The translations under genes and the position numbers were made by a program. Positions 35,965 to 45,881 of a DNA stretch of 64,000 nt are shown piece by piece; position 1 is the stretch's first letter; every line of letters starts with the position of its first letter. The notes under the pieces were generated by a model. The model was not told the DNA's origin, did not search any database, and saw nothing but the letters and a program-made list of their open reading frames with translations. Source of the DNA: a virus. The stretch spans positions 1-64,000 of IMG/VR virus record IMGVR_UViG_3300019458_000006; one strand, written 5' to 3'.

Positions 35965-38217
35965 TTAGGCGAAACTGAGTGATTGCTCTCCGGGTCCTAG
36001 GTGGACATACGGACCACCCGCCTCCCTGGCCTGCTTTTGCATCATCCGCATGGCGGCGTGATAGGCGGGACTGCCCCCAGCCCGCCGCTCGGCGGGGGCC
36101 ACGTAAGCGGTGCCATCCAGGAAGCGATGGGAGATGTACTCGCAGAGGTACTCCGTCGCTGCCATGCAATCATGAATCCGCTCGTTGACCGGCTCGTCGA
36201 TGGGCACCATATTACCCTCGTTGTCGGCCACTTCCTTCTTGCGGTAGGAGTAAAACTCCTTGATTGTGTAGTGGCATTTTGAGGATATCCACAGCTTCGG
36301 CCAGCCGTCCTCGACAGGCTCTAGGAACGCCCGGACCGTCCGCCGGCGCAGCTCCTTATCGTCGCAGCCCCGCATAAACCCGGCCTTCGTCAGCCGGGAG
36401 AGGATGCCCCGCTTGCGAAATTCTCGCTCATAGGACTCGAACACCGTCACATCGTTGCCGATGTTGGTTTGCCGGCCAGCCCGCTGGTCCATCACAAACG
36501 CCTCCAACGAGAGGCCTTCCGTCAGCGGCATTAAGGCGGCTGCGAACATCGCCGGAGTGTGCTTCTTGACGATCAGCTCTCGCTCGATGATAAGCCGGTC
36601 CCCCATGACCACCCGGTTCACTTCCGGCGGCGGGACCACCCCGAACAGGCAGGCTGTGCGAGTATGGCTAGGATCAATCACCAGGTAGCGGGTCCAGTCG
36701 TGCGGCAGCTGCGCGTCCCGGAGGCAGTTGCAGACAATCTGGTGGGCGGTTGCAGGCTCTGGCAGCGGCTCGTCGTACGGCTTGACGACGTGAATCGCCG
36801 AACCGAAGTCGTACATCCTCCGGCCGGAGACAAAGGCGGAGATGTCGCCCCGGTCACGATGGGCCTCGTCATCGTCACCATCCATGCGCAGCAAGCCTTC
36901 CTGAATACCCTGGCGGTCGGAGTAGGGGTTGTCCGAACCGGTAAGCTGAAAGACCTGAATCGGCGGCTTTTCGTCGTCCTGGTGGCGCTTGGCCCGCTCG
37001 ATGGTTTTGATGAGGGCTTCGTTGTGGATCTTGGGCCATACCGACCACAGGAACCAGCCCCGCACGCTCATCAAGCGGTCCTGCCACTCCTTTAAAAAGG
37101 CGGCATTGGCCGTGTCCTCGTCCAGCCAGATTCCGTGTACTGCATCGCCCTGCTTGGGATGGTCGCCGGTGGTGGGGTAGGCGCACATCGTCACGCCGTT
37201 AATGATCCGCACACTGTGGAAGATATTGCCGGCCGAGCTCTCCATGTGCCAGCTGTTGGGAACGATCAAGTGCTCACCAAATAAGGGCGGCGAGAGCACA
37301 CTTTCCTCGAACCTCTCCACGTCGAAATTGGGGTTATAGGCCCGCCATTTCTTGGTCTTATGGTCACGGAGGATGCGGAACTCGCACCCCAGTCCAGGTG
37401 AGAAGAGGCGGTGGTAGATCGTCTGGCCAATGTGTTTCACGTCCAGCCCAATGACCCAATACAGACCGTTGTTTCTTTTAGACGGAACACGGAACCGCTT
37501 CTTGATAGGCGTACCATCAGGGCGAATGATCGGAATGCCCAGTAAGCGGCTGGCGAATTCCATGACGACGGCTAGCGTGTTATGAGTGACGACAAAGTCC
37601 CTTGTAACATACGTATGATCGGGACATGACACGCTAATACACACGCAATCTGCCGCCCCGTCAGGCTTAATCGACCTTAGTATTTTGACGGCCTTCTCCT
37701 GGGCTGTTTTCCGCCAGTTCTCCCAGGCGGGGACCGCTGGTCGATCGCCTGGCAGCGGCTCGTCGCCCCACTCATCGATTATTTGCTGAGCGGAATACAC
37801 CTGCCACTGTCCGTCGCCGCGAAGCCTTTGACGGCCTGTCTGGATTAACCACAGATGCTCACCACAACATCTAGTCCACGAGCCATCGCTGAACGTAACG
37901 CGGAAAACATCCTTCATGCCCTGCGGGAACACTCCAGTTACGGTACACGGCTTACCGTCACCGCCAATAACAATATCACCTTGAGCCAGCTCACCTATCG
38001 GTCTCCACCCATTCGGTGTCAGGATCGGCTCGTCCTTGGGTTGCGCTTTCCCGCTGCGCTTTCCGCCCGTCACGATGTTTTCGCTGGCCTGAGACTCATG
38101 GATCGGCAGCTGCTGATCCGACGGCCGATAGACCCGGAGCGGGTGCTGCTCGCGTAGCTCCAGCTCGGCGATCCCCCTCTGGATCTCGGCCAGCTCGTAC
38201 TTCAGGCTGCCTGCCAT
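35965..38217 (-). CDS. terL: terminase large subunit, interrupted by an intein in the Walker A P-loop
   Basis: The exteins read VTGGKRSGK|T = Walker A GKRSGKT. Walker B-like GIWLDED is present, and the C-terminal half is nuclease-like. A 156-aa Hint domain is inserted. Confidence 0.8.
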   Translation of the reverse strand: MAGSLKYELAEIQRGIAELELREQHPLRVYRPSDQQLPIHESQASENIVTGGKRSGKAQPKDEPILTPNGWRPIGELAQGDIVIGGDGKPCTVTGVFPQGMKDVFRVTFSDGSWTRCCGEHLWLIQTGRQRLRGDGQWQVYSAQQIIDEWGDEPLPGDRPAVPAWENWRKTAQEKAVKILRSIKPDGAADCVCISVSCPDHTYVTRDFVVTHNTLAVVMEFASRLLGIPIIRPDGTPIKKRFRVPSKRNNGLYWVIGLDVKHIGQTIYHRLFSPGLGCEFRILRDHKTKKWRAYNPNFDVERFEESVLSPPLFGEHLIVPNSWHMESSAGNIFHSVRIINGVTMCAYPTTGDHPKQGDAVHGIWLDEDTANAAFLKEWQDRLMSVRGWFLWSVWPKIHNEALIKTIERAKRHQDDEKPPIQVFQLTGSDNPYSDRQGIQEGLLRMDGDDDEAHRDRGDISAFVSGRRMYDFGSAIHVVKPYDEPLPEPATAHQIVCNCLRDAQLPHDWTRYLVIDPSHTRTACLFGVVPPPEVNRVVMGDRLIIERELIVKKHTPAMFAAALMPLTEGLSLEAFVMDQRAGRQTNIGNDVTVFESYEREFRKRGILSRLTKAGFMRGCDDKELRRRTVRAFLEPVEDGWPKLWISSKCHYTIKEFYSYRKKEVADNEGNMVPIDEPVNERIHDCMAATEYLCEYISHRFLDGTAYVAPAERRAGGSPAYHAAMRMMQKQAREAGGPYVHLGPGEQSLSFA
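37579..38046 (-). mobile_element. mini-intein (156 aa) with class-3-like features
   Basis: It starts AQPKDEPILTPNGWRPIGEL (Ala1) and ends FVVTHN|T. Block B is CGEHLW (Trp two residues after His). Block F is DCVCISV (Cys). Thr precedes HN. I verified the junction codons on the sequence. Confidence 0.75.
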
Positions 38218-38220
38218 GGC

Positions 38221-38781
38221 TTACCCTGGACCGTCCTCTTGGCCGAGCAGGTAGCTCAGCGCGTCCTTTTTGCCGCTTTCCTCGGCCGCCTCGGCCATCA
38301 GCTCCATCAACCGCAGCTTGAGCGTGTCGCGGATCGTGGCGTCGTCCATCTGTTTCCAGTCATCCTCTAGCTTCATGCGATCAACCTTGGCGTGCAGGGC
38401 CAGGAGCTTCGTGGCCGCGTTCACCGCAGCCCCCTTGCCCCGCCCCTGATCGGCCAGATCTTTAATCCAGCCCACCACGTCCTCGCAGAAGGCCGCTGGG
38501 CCGCCCCAGGCGTCGTAGCACTGGCTAATCATCCGCTCCAGGGGCTTGAGCTGCTTGCCGGCCTGGTTGGCATCCAGGATGCGGGACAGTTTTTGTCCCG
38601 CCATCTGGACCCGCTGGTCGTAAATCTGCATTGCCTCGCCAGTGGTGACGCAGGAGTTGCAGCGAGCGTCCACGGGCAGCCCCTCGAATGCACTCAGGGG
38701 CCGCCGGCTTTTACACTGCGGACATTCACGCACTTCCTCGAGTACGATCCGATCAAGCATTGACAGGGGCTCCGATCTCAA
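38221..38781 (-). CDS. possible small terminase subunit / DNA-recognition protein with N-terminal Zn ribbon
   Basis: 186 aa immediately upstream of terL, with CPQC...CNSC. The call is from position only. Confidence 0.35.
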   Translation of the reverse strand: MRSEPLSMLDRIVLEEVRECPQCKSRRPLSAFEGLPVDARCNSCVTTGEAMQIYDQRVQMAGQKLSRILDANQAGKQLKPLERMISQCYDAWGGPAAFCEDVVGWIKDLADQGRGKGAAVNAATKLLALHAKVDRMKLEDDWKQMDDATIRDTLKLRLMELMAEAAEESGKKDALSYLLGQEDGPG

Positions 38782-40510
38782 TGGCCCACACGTCGCCGTG
38801 GCGAACCACCTCTCGGCCTAGTGACTTGGCGTAGGCCTCCACCGAACGGCTGCTGCCTAGGCCTGCCAGGATGCCGCCGTGAGCCACGGCCTCCCCCCAA
38901 GCTTTAATAATCCTGACGCTCGGAGTCCGCTCGATGAACACCAGGCTGAACGTCTGACCGGGGAGCGGCTTAGGCATCCCGCTGCACACCAGATTAGCGA
39001 GCACGCGGCCCTGCTCCAGCTCGGCACGAAAGAACTTATTGAATTGCGCGAACCGCTCCGGGTCGTAGGCGTCGTAGGCGTAGAGATGGGATCCTGCCGG
39101 CAGCTCTGGCTCAACAGCAGCCAGCGATTGCCCGGCCCCACAATTTACCACCGCCACATCCACCTGCCCCTTCGTGGCCACATATTTGGCTAAGCCGGCG
39201 ATCTCATTGAGAGTGAGGTCGGGGATCTCGGAGGGGAGGAGAGCTACCTTCCGGCCGTTGACCATTTTATGCTTAAGAAGCAGTGGCTGGCCGTTCTCCT
39301 TAACAGGACCGCCACTAGAGGTGTAATCCGGGTCGCTGGCCGGCTCCCACACGTCTGTGCCGTCAACATCAGTGTCATCCTCCTCACCGCTGGGACAAGC
39401 GGCCAGCTCCTGCTCTACCAGCTGCCGAGCCTCAGCCAGGTCGGCATCCGTGAGGTAGACATAATCCTGGTCCGGGCCCAGCTCCAGGTGCCTCAGGCCA
39501 ATCCGCGAGCGGTCAATAGGAATATCCGCAGGAGCGTCCGCCGGAACGCGCGCTCCCCTTCGCGGATCGGGGTCCTGGGGCGGATTCGGATCGACCTCGG
39601 CCCGGTCGGTCCCCGCAAAATTGACGTACTTAATCGATTCATTGGCCGAAAGATTATCGCGGATGACATCCGCGAACGTCTGGGAGATCGACTCCATCGG
39701 CACATACTGCGGGCGGCCGACCTTCTTGGTCTTGTGGTGCAGGGCCCAAGAGTCGCAGGTGGCCCACAGCACGTCGTAGCCCTTCGTGATCTTCCAGTAC
39801 AGGCTGATGTCGCGGGTAGCGACAACATCCTCGGTACTCTGTTTTTGGGCCCCATCATCGGTCATCTCGTACTTGAAGTACGGCTGAGGCAGGCCCTCGA
39901 AGGCGCTGAGCGTGAACAAACACACGCCCGTGGGCAGGGCGGCGACCGGGAAGATGCCCGTCAGCTGGGCCGCCTCGTTGCGGGTCAGGATGTCGAGCTT
40001 AACCGTCGCGTGAGGATTGTCGCTCTCGCGGTTGCCCCAGCGAAACAGGTAGGGCACCTCCCCGCCATACAGCTCCGAGTACACCACATCACCATTCTTG
40101 ACGTAGCTGGGATTTTCCACTGGCGGGGGGGGCGGTCCACAGTAGGGGGCCGCGATCACCGTGGGAATATCCCGGATTAGCCGCTCGTAGGCAAAGTTGA
40201 AGGCCGTCTTCCAGAACGGCTTGGCATCGGTGTGGTTCGACAGGTAGCCATCGGGCTCATTATCAGAGTCCAACATCAGGATCATGTCGAAGCCCAATGA
40301 CCTGGCGTCGCGGACGGCGGCGTTGCGGGTCAGGGTCACTGGCGTATCTGAGTAAACCTTGATCGCAACGCCACCGATCCTCTCATCGGTCCTCAGCTCG
40401 TAGTATGTTTTGGCGAGCCAGATCGCCAACTCTGGGATGGTCGAGGCCACCCCGCCGTTACCTGAGTAAGCAAACAAAGCGACAAACACATTGACTTGAG
40501 CTTTCTTCAT
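38753..40510 (-). CDS. fusion of a GT-A-fold glycosyltransferase with a class-I SAM methyltransferase-like domain
   Basis: I prefer the start MKKAQVNVFVALFAYSG at 40510. Motifs: MILMLDSDNEP (DxD), STEDVVATRDI (as in 30606..31358) and C-terminal VAVVNCGAGQS (motif I-like). Confidence 0.5.
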   Translation of the reverse strand: MKKAQVNVFVALFAYSGNGGVASTIPELAIWLAKTYYELRTDERIGGVAIKVYSDTPVTLTRNAAVRDARSLGFDMILMLDSDNEPDGYLSNHTDAKPFWKTAFNFAYERLIRDIPTVIAAPYCGPPPPPVENPSYVKNGDVVYSELYGGEVPYLFRWGNRESDNPHATVKLDILTRNEAAQLTGIFPVAALPTGVCLFTLSAFEGLPQPYFKYEMTDDGAQKQSTEDVVATRDISLYWKITKGYDVLWATCDSWALHHKTKKVGRPQYVPMESISQTFADVIRDNLSANESIKYVNFAGTDRAEVDPNPPQDPDPRRGARVPADAPADIPIDRSRIGLRHLELGPDQDYVYLTDADLAEARQLVEQELAACPSGEEDDTDVDGTDVWEPASDPDYTSSGGPVKENGQPLLLKHKMVNGRKVALLPSEIPDLTLNEIAGLAKYVATKGQVDVAVVNCGAGQSLAAVEPELPAGSHLYAYDAYDPERFAQFNKFFRAELEQGRVLANLVCSGMPKPLPGQTFSLVFIERTPSVRIIKAWGEAVAHGGILAGLGSSRSVEAYAKSLGREVVRHGDVWAIEIGAPVNA

Positions 40511-40668
40511 CTGAATCCAATCCTTAGCGCAAAAAAACCACCCCTGATGGAGTGCAGGCTCCTTCAAGGGTGGCCCCCGGTTTTGAATGGCGTAACCATC
40601 ACAAAACCACACGCCGCTCAGGGACGGCATGTGCTATGTCCGCTGCCTGCCCAGCGGGGTTTCGGTCA

Positions 40669-41289
40669 TCAGGAAACTGGCAGATCGACGTACACGAGCA
40701 CGTCGGCTCCGGGCGTAGCGGTCGTGCTCATCGCCTGACCGATACGATTCAAGGCATGGCTCAACGTCGTGGTTGATTCGCTGGTGGCCGCGACCGCCAC
40801 GATGCGACCGGCGGTCGTCGAGGTGGTGCTGGCCGCGGCCGTGATAGCCGCCACCCACGCTTTGTGAACAATCGTGCTAGCGCTGGCGGCGTTAATGCAC
40901 CGCGAGGGCCCGTTGGTCACGATCCAGAACAAGTCGTTGGCCGCAGCCCCGGCAGCTGGCAGCCACTCGTCCACAATCCCGGCCACGCCGGGACCGCTTT
41001 CAACTACCGTGAACCCATCGACCTCCTTACCGACCTTGCCGTTGGCCCAGGTTACGGCCATTTTCGGCAAGGCCGTGCGACCCATGCCGTTCCGCACTAG
41101 CACGCAGCGGCAGTAGCCGCCAGTGCGGGGGGCGTAAACGCCCGTCGTGCTGGAGTAGTCCAGGTCCTTGAAAGTCTTTTTGATGCCCTCAATGGCCTTG
41201 CTCGTGGTGCCCGTGGAGGCTGCCGTGCGGTTGGGGCCAGTTAGGTACGTCTTGCCCCGGCCGGGAAGGCCGATCACATTGTCAGACAT
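40669..41289 (-). CDS. capsid decoration/cement-like protein (DUF2190-like C-terminal half)
   Basis: 206 aa directly downstream of the capsid gene, with Ala/Thr-rich beta-type sequence ending VLVYVDLPVS. Confidence 0.35.
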   Translation of the reverse strand: MSDNVIGLPGRGKTYLTGPNRTAASTGTTSKAIEGIKKTFKDLDYSSTTGVYAPRTGGYCRCVLVRNGMGRTALPKMAVTWANGKVGKEVDGFTVVESGPGVAGIVDEWLPAAGAAANDLFWIVTNGPSRCINAASASTIVHKAWVAAITAAASTTSTTAGRIVAVAATSESTTTLSHALNRIGQAMSTTATPGADVLVYVDLPVS

Positions 41290-41374
41290 TGGGAAATCCT
41301 TTTCCTGGGGGCAGTCGGTTTCTACCCTTTACCCGGTTCCTGAAAAAGTGGGGTTTTATTGGTTACCATTCGCC

Positions 41375-42490
41375 TTAGGCGTAGTTATAGAGCTTGCCAA
41401 GGTGCTTCGGGCTCTCGATTTTCAGCTGCCCGTAGAAGCCGCTCGACCAGAGGATGTCGTAGCCGCTGCGAGGATCCTTGTCGGGACCTTCCATCCATAT
41501 CAGCTCCGGCGTTAGGCAAGCCATCTCCAGGTTGGAGAAGTTGACCATATAGCCGGTGTTAACCGGGCAGTCATAGTCGCCGCTGATCGCACAGCCGTCC
41601 TGGTTGAGGGTGTTGCCGGAAAACCCCAGGTCATTGGCGGCCTTGTGGGGGATGTTGATGCGACGGATGGCCTCTTCGTGATTCTTGTAATCCTGGAAAA
41701 GCTTAGGGTTGAGGACGCAGATGTCCGGCATCCCGTCGTCACCGCCCGTGGTAGTGAGCCAGGTGATGGCCTGACCGATCACCCGCCAGCAGTTGTCCTC
41801 GAAGGTCGTGGAGCCAGTGCCCCAGCCCGTGCCCGACCAGTTGACCAGCTTCGGAGCGAAGTAGTCATACTCAGAGTCCCCCTGCCCATTGGGCCAGTTG
41901 TTGGCCAGCGTGGCATTCGGGAAGTCTGATCCCGTGGCGCTCCATGTCCCGCCCTGGTTGGCGAGGGCCGTGGAGAGCGTGGCATAGGTCGTGCTGGGCT
42001 CAGCAATCTCGTCCGAGGCCGCGGGGGCGGTTCGCTCGGTGAGGGCCGTCTCTAGGCCGTAGATGCAGTTTTCGCGGCCCGAAGTCCCGCCGGTGCGGTA
42101 GATTTCCCCAGCCATACCGTCTTGGAGTTTCTTCGTGGTCCGACCCTGCTTCGTCCTGAATAAGTTAATCAGGGCCTCCTCGCCCTTATTCATCAACTGT
42201 TGCTTCTTGGTGATCGAGTCGGGGACCACATAGCCCGACCAAGGCAAGGTAGCCTGGCGGAAGGCGTCGTGGTTGGTGAAATCGATCATCGAGCCGTCGC
42301 CGTGCTGGTGCATTGTCGGCTGACTGAATTCCACCTGCCACTTGAATTCGTCGCCGCCGTTGTTGTAGGTGATCGAGCCCTTTCGCTTGAACATCGCCAG
42401 GAAGAGACGCCGGCGGACGGTCATGTCCGAAGCCATCTTCATGTATTTGGGCTTCGTAGTGTGGATAATTCCAATCCATTCGTCAGACAT
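41375..42490 (-). CDS. major capsid protein
   Basis: 371 aa between a scaffold-like gene and a decoration-like gene. Size and composition fit HK97-fold capsid proteins. Confidence 0.55.
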   Translation of the reverse strand: MSDEWIGIIHTTKPKYMKMASDMTVRRRLFLAMFKRKGSITYNNGGDEFKWQVEFSQPTMHQHGDGSMIDFTNHDAFRQATLPWSGYVVPDSITKKQQLMNKGEEALINLFRTKQGRTTKKLQDGMAGEIYRTGGTSGRENCIYGLETALTERTAPAASDEIAEPSTTYATLSTALANQGGTWSATGSDFPNATLANNWPNGQGDSEYDYFAPKLVNWSGTGWGTGSTTFEDNCWRVIGQAITWLTTTGGDDGMPDICVLNPKLFQDYKNHEEAIRRINIPHKAANDLGFSGNTLNQDGCAISGDYDCPVNTGYMVNFSNLEMACLTPELIWMEGPDKDPRSGYDILWSSGFYGQLKIESPKHLGKLYNYA

Positions 42491-42628
42491 CGCTTTTCAT
42501 CCTTGAAAAGATCGAATGCCAGGGCAGGCCGCCAAGGCTGCATCGTGCAGCTTTAGAAAGGCGTGATGCCTGAACAGTCCGATTGTTCGCTTTAAGCCAG
42601 CCCGGTTTACGATGCGCCGGGCTCGCTT

Positions 42629-43693
42629 CTAGGTCGCGCCGACCGCTTTTTGTTTGCGGTAATCAGAGACCCAGAGGTTGTCTAGATCTTTTTGATTGGC
42701 GACCGTGAATTCCTCACCGCCGTCCGAATAACCGCCTTGATTGCTGCTAGCCGCAGCTTTCCGGCGTGCGGACTCAATGAAGGATTCTTGTTTCGTCTGG
42801 GGCGGAGCGGCGGGAGCCGGCGTCCCTGCCGGCACAAAGCGTCCGTGCTCATCCCGCTGCCGTCCGTCGTTATTCGTCGCCTGAGGTGGGGGGGCAGTTA
42901 TCTGAGGATTCACTATTCTCATCGCCAGCTCGGCCAGGTCTTGTGGATTGGTGATCCCTTTCTGGCGGAGCTGGGCGACTGTGTCCCGGAACTTCTGTCC
43001 GTCGGGAGTGAACGCCCCGTCAGTAGTATAAAGCCAAGCCGTGTTTTCGTCAGCAAACTTTTGAGCAAAGGCTTCCTGGTCGCGAGCCGAGAAGCTGGCG
43101 GTGGTGTACTGCTGGATCTCTTTGAGCATCTCCTGCTTCAGGGCGGGGAGGATTCCGTCGTAGACATTCCGGTAGAAGTTGCCCTCGAACAGCTTCTGCC
43201 GCTGCTGCTTTTCGGCGACATGGGCCTGGTTGATGTTATTGAGCAGCGGCAGGGCCATGGCCTCGAAGCCTTCGGCGGCTTCGTACATGCCATTCGAGGC
43301 CAGCCGCACAATCCCGTTTTCCAGGGCGAACTGGCTGGGGGCGTCGAGCGTGTGCGTGTTCCATAATGCGCCGAAGTGGCCGTCCAGATCAAACGCCTCC
43401 TCCTGCTGAGGAACTGGCGGTGGCTGTGGCTCAGGGGCCGCAGCAGGACGGGCCAGCGACTGACGGCCGTGGTCCGCATAGGGGCGATTCTGGATGTATT
43501 GATCGAGCAGGTACTCGGCGAACTTGTCGCTGTTGTCGATCCCTTCGAGGTCCAGGCCGGCGCTGTGGGCCCGTGAGAGCAGGGACGGGGGAAGGGCTGG
43601 TGCGGCTGGAGTCGGATCCGGCGCAGGTGTTTCGACCGGCTCTGGAGTCGTCGAATCGTCAGCAGTTAAGAGATCTTCTAGTTCGTCTGGCAT
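42629..43693 (-). CDS. scaffolding-like protein
   Basis: I prefer the start MPDELEDLL at 43693, which has an AGGAGG upstream. The protein is acidic/Pro-rich at the N-terminus and helical elsewhere, and is the first gene of the late operon upstream of the capsid gene. Confidence 0.45.
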   Translation of the reverse strand: MPDELEDLLTADDSTTPEPVETPAPDPTPAAPALPPSLLSRAHSAGLDLEGIDNSDKFAEYLLDQYIQNRPYADHGRQSLARPAAAPEPQPPPVPQQEEAFDLDGHFGALWNTHTLDAPSQFALENGIVRLASNGMYEAAEGFEAMALPLLNNINQAHVAEKQQRQKLFEGNFYRNVYDGILPALKQEMLKEIQQYTTASFSARDQEAFAQKFADENTAWLYTTDGAFTPDGQKFRDTVAQLRQKGITNPQDLAELAMRIVNPQITAPPPQATNNDGRQRDEHGRFVPAGTPAPAAPPQTKQESFIESARRKAAASSNQGGYSDGGEEFTVANQKDLDNLWVSDYRKQKAVGAT

Positions 43694-43835
43694 ATGGGCT
43701 TTTTTGCCTCCTGAGATTCGCCGCGCATCTTGCGCAACTTGGGTATTCGAAATATTTACCAGCAAATCTGAGTGGTGGACTGGTCTATTTACAGTAAAAT
43801 ACGGTCGATCTCACCCAGGCTAAGGGGAATTGTCC

Positions 43836-44066
43836 ATGAACAGGGCGATTGAGGACCGGGAGCATACGATTGCGCTTACGAGGCTGTGCAAGTTACTGCC
43901 AGACGAAGTGACGTACGAAACGCTTCGTTATTGGTGCTTGAAGGGACGCCGCAAGGATCGCAATGACCCTAACTCTTGTGTTCGCATGGAAAGCGTCAAG
44001 AAGCCGTGCGGCCTCTCCTCGTCGGTGGAGGCCTATTGGCGGTTCATTGCGGCGCTCAACGACTAG
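43836..44066 (+). CDS. small HTH DNA-binding protein
   Basis: ALTRLCKLLPDEVTYETLRYWCLKGRR is HTH-like. It is the first gene of the rightward block. Confidence 0.5.
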   Translation: MNRAIEDREHTIALTRLCKLLPDEVTYETLRYWCLKGRRKDRNDPNSCVRMESVKKPCGLSSSVEAYWRFIAALND

Positions 44067-44130
44067 CCCCCTAAAAGAAGCAAAATCGTCGCAGCGCCGC
44101 CGTTTTTGGTACTTTCGGGTGGTTTGCAAT
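44064..44130 (+). repeat. post-stop-codon intergenic element, copy 2
   Basis: TAG-C5-TAAAAGAAGCAAAATCGTCGCAGCGCCGCCGTTTTT-GGTACTTTCGGGTGGTTTGC. The 36-nt core is identical to the reverse complement of 7644-7679. Confidence 0.8.
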
Positions 44131-44144
44131 TTCAGAGGCCTGCC

Positions 44145-45077
44145 ATGAGATTCAAGCAGCGATTCTTCTCGCCGCGCAGCTATGTTCCCAAGTTCTACGG
44201 CTATGCCCGCTTCAGCCACAGGCGGCGGCTCGATAAGTTCGATAAGGTCGATAGCGTCGCGGACCAAGAGATTCGGATCCGGGCGTTCTTTGAGATGTTA
44301 AAGGCGGAGAGGATTCTAGAGTGGGGCGGCATGTTTTCGGAGCCCCTGGCCCAGAGCGCTCACAAGCGCCGCTTTTCTCGTCGGCCGGCCGGCCGGGAGT
44401 TGGTGGCCATCCTTAGACCCGGCGATCAGCTGTGCGTGGATAGGTACTACCGCCTGTTTCGCGACATGGAGGATTTTGCTCACCAGCGCCGCTGGTTTGC
44501 TGAGCGGGGAATCGGCCTGCACATCGTCTCGTTCTTGGGTCTCTCGATGGACGCCAACAGCCTAGGGGCCGAGATGATGTTCGTGATGTATGAGGCCTTT
44601 GGGGAGTTTGAATCACAAATGAAGAGCGAGCTAGTCCGGGCGGCCAAGGCCAGCCTGCGAAGCCGGGGCCGGCACGACGGCGCTAAACTGCCTAAGTTCT
44701 GCCAGCTCGTGGACTGCCCTCCCGGCGAAACAAACATCGGCCGGCGAATGTTCCTGCCCTGGGCCCTGCCGGCCATGGATATGATCGAAGACGCCGTGGA
44801 CAGTGGCAGGAAGCTATCGTCCGCCATTGACGAGATCAAAGAGCAGTTCGGCGTCCGGCTGAATCGGAACTATGCGTCCGATTTATACTGGTTCACCAAG
44901 GCGTACAAAGAGCTGGGGCAGCCGGACATTAATACGCTTAATTGGCTGGACGTCATGGTGGAGTACAAGCAAGCCCACTGTGGAACCGACTTGGACCCCA
45001 GACCGCCCGCGACCGTTCGTAAGTATCTAGAAAGGAAGGAGGTCAGCGATGCCAAGGCCTACCTGCGGCGAGTGTAG
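44145..45077 (+). CDS. serine recombinase (resolvase/invertase catalytic domain)
   Basis: YGYARFSH (catalytic Ser context), GDQLCVDRYYRLFRDMEDF, and MFVMYEAFGEFESQMKSELVRAAKA. Confidence 0.7.
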   Translation: MRFKQRFFSPRSYVPKFYGYARFSHRRRLDKFDKVDSVADQEIRIRAFFEMLKAERILEWGGMFSEPLAQSAHKRRFSRRPAGRELVAILRPGDQLCVDRYYRLFRDMEDFAHQRRWFAERGIGLHIVSFLGLSMDANSLGAEMMFVMYEAFGEFESQMKSELVRAAKASLRSRGRHDGAKLPKFCQLVDCPPGETNIGRRMFLPWALPAMDMIEDAVDSGRKLSSAIDEIKEQFGVRLNRNYASDLYWFTKAYKELGQPDINTLNWLDVMVEYKQAHCGTDLDPRPPATVRKYLERKEVSDAKAYLRRV

Positions 45078-45303
45078 TTTTTGGTGCCCTAGTGAAGCTG
45101 AGGAGTTTCTAGGGAAGGGGGAGTGCCGGAGGAAATCTCCAGGGACGGATGGGATGGTGCCGGTGACCACGTTTGATTACTGGTGCGGTGAGCACAGCGA
45201 ATGGTACAGGTACATAATGGGCCGCAGTGATGAGCGTGTTAAGGAAGGAATCGAGACATGCCCACCATCCGCTTCGTCGGAGGCCCCTGGCACAACCGCC
45301 TAG
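45049..45303 (+). CDS. hypothetical Cys-rich protein
   Basis: 84-aa ORF, CGECSFWC..C..C. Confidence 0.5.
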   Translation: MPRPTCGECSFWCPSEAEEFLGKGECRRKSPGTDGMVPVTTFDYWCGEHSEWYRYIMGRSDERVKEGIETCPPSASSEAPGTTA

Positions 45304-45530
45304 AGGACGTGGAACTCGCGCCGAGAGTGGAGCTTCACGGTCGTTGGCCGCCCTGCAAGTACTACCTTGTAATGCACTGCACGGGCCTGGGAACGAATTA
45401 TTTCCAGTACGTACACAGCAGTTTGATTCTTGGAGGCCGCGTCCACAAATCAGCCAGCCGGGAGTATTTTTGCTCTTGGCTTATTGATCGGAAAGAACTC
45501 GAAAGCAGGCTCAGGGGGATTATGAAATGA
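45258..45530 (+). CDS. hypothetical protein
   Basis: 90-aa ORF. Confidence 0.5.
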   Translation: MPTIRFVGGPWHNRLEDVELAPRVELHGRWPPCKYYLVMHCTGLGTNYFQYVHSSLILGGRVHKSASREYFCSWLIDRKELESRLRGIMK

Positions 45531-45772
45531 CTTTCGGCAAGCTGCGGATGGAACGGCTGGAGGGGCAGGTCAAGGCCACCGAAACACGCCTCTTAGAGGT
45601 GGAGGGCATCGTCAAGGTCGCCCTGGCCGAAATGCTCGATATCATCCAGAGGCACAACCAGGCCCTTCTGGAGATCGAGAAGATGCTGCATGTCATCGGG
45701 GGGATCACCGGACCAGAAGCGACCCATCCGCTAACAGCTTCAGGACCAGCCTCACATACCCCTCCAGACTAA
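45527..45772 (+). CDS. hypothetical coiled-coil protein
   Basis: 81-aa ORF with an ATGA overlap with the upstream gene. Confidence 0.5.
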   Translation: MTFGKLRMERLEGQVKATETRLLEVEGIVKVALAEMLDIIQRHNQALLEIEKMLHVIGGITGPEATHPLTASGPASHTPPD

Positions 45773-45881
45773 GGTTCTTCGCTTCCGCTAGTTTCTTCAC
45801 CCTATCGTACCCATTCTGGGTCAGACGGATGGCAACCACCTTATTCCGGACCAGTCCTGGAGGTAAACGAGGCCTGCCCAT
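45705..45881 (-). CDS. ribbon-helix-helix-type regulator (repressor candidate)
   Basis: Preferred start MGRPRLPPGLVRNKVVAIRLTQNGYDRVKKLAEAKNLSLEGYVRLVL, which has an RHH beta-alpha-alpha pattern. It is the only leftward gene in the rightward block. Confidence 0.5.
   Translation of the reverse strand: MGRPRLPPGLVRNKVVAIRLTQNGYDRVKKLAEAKNLSLEGYVRLVLKLLADGSLLVR

Noticed and set aside
39269-40180. 303-aa plus-strand ORF.
   Set aside because: Antisense to the GT-methyltransferase gene, which has clear DxD and motif-I signatures. The antisense product is Arg/Leu/Gly-rich with no motifs.
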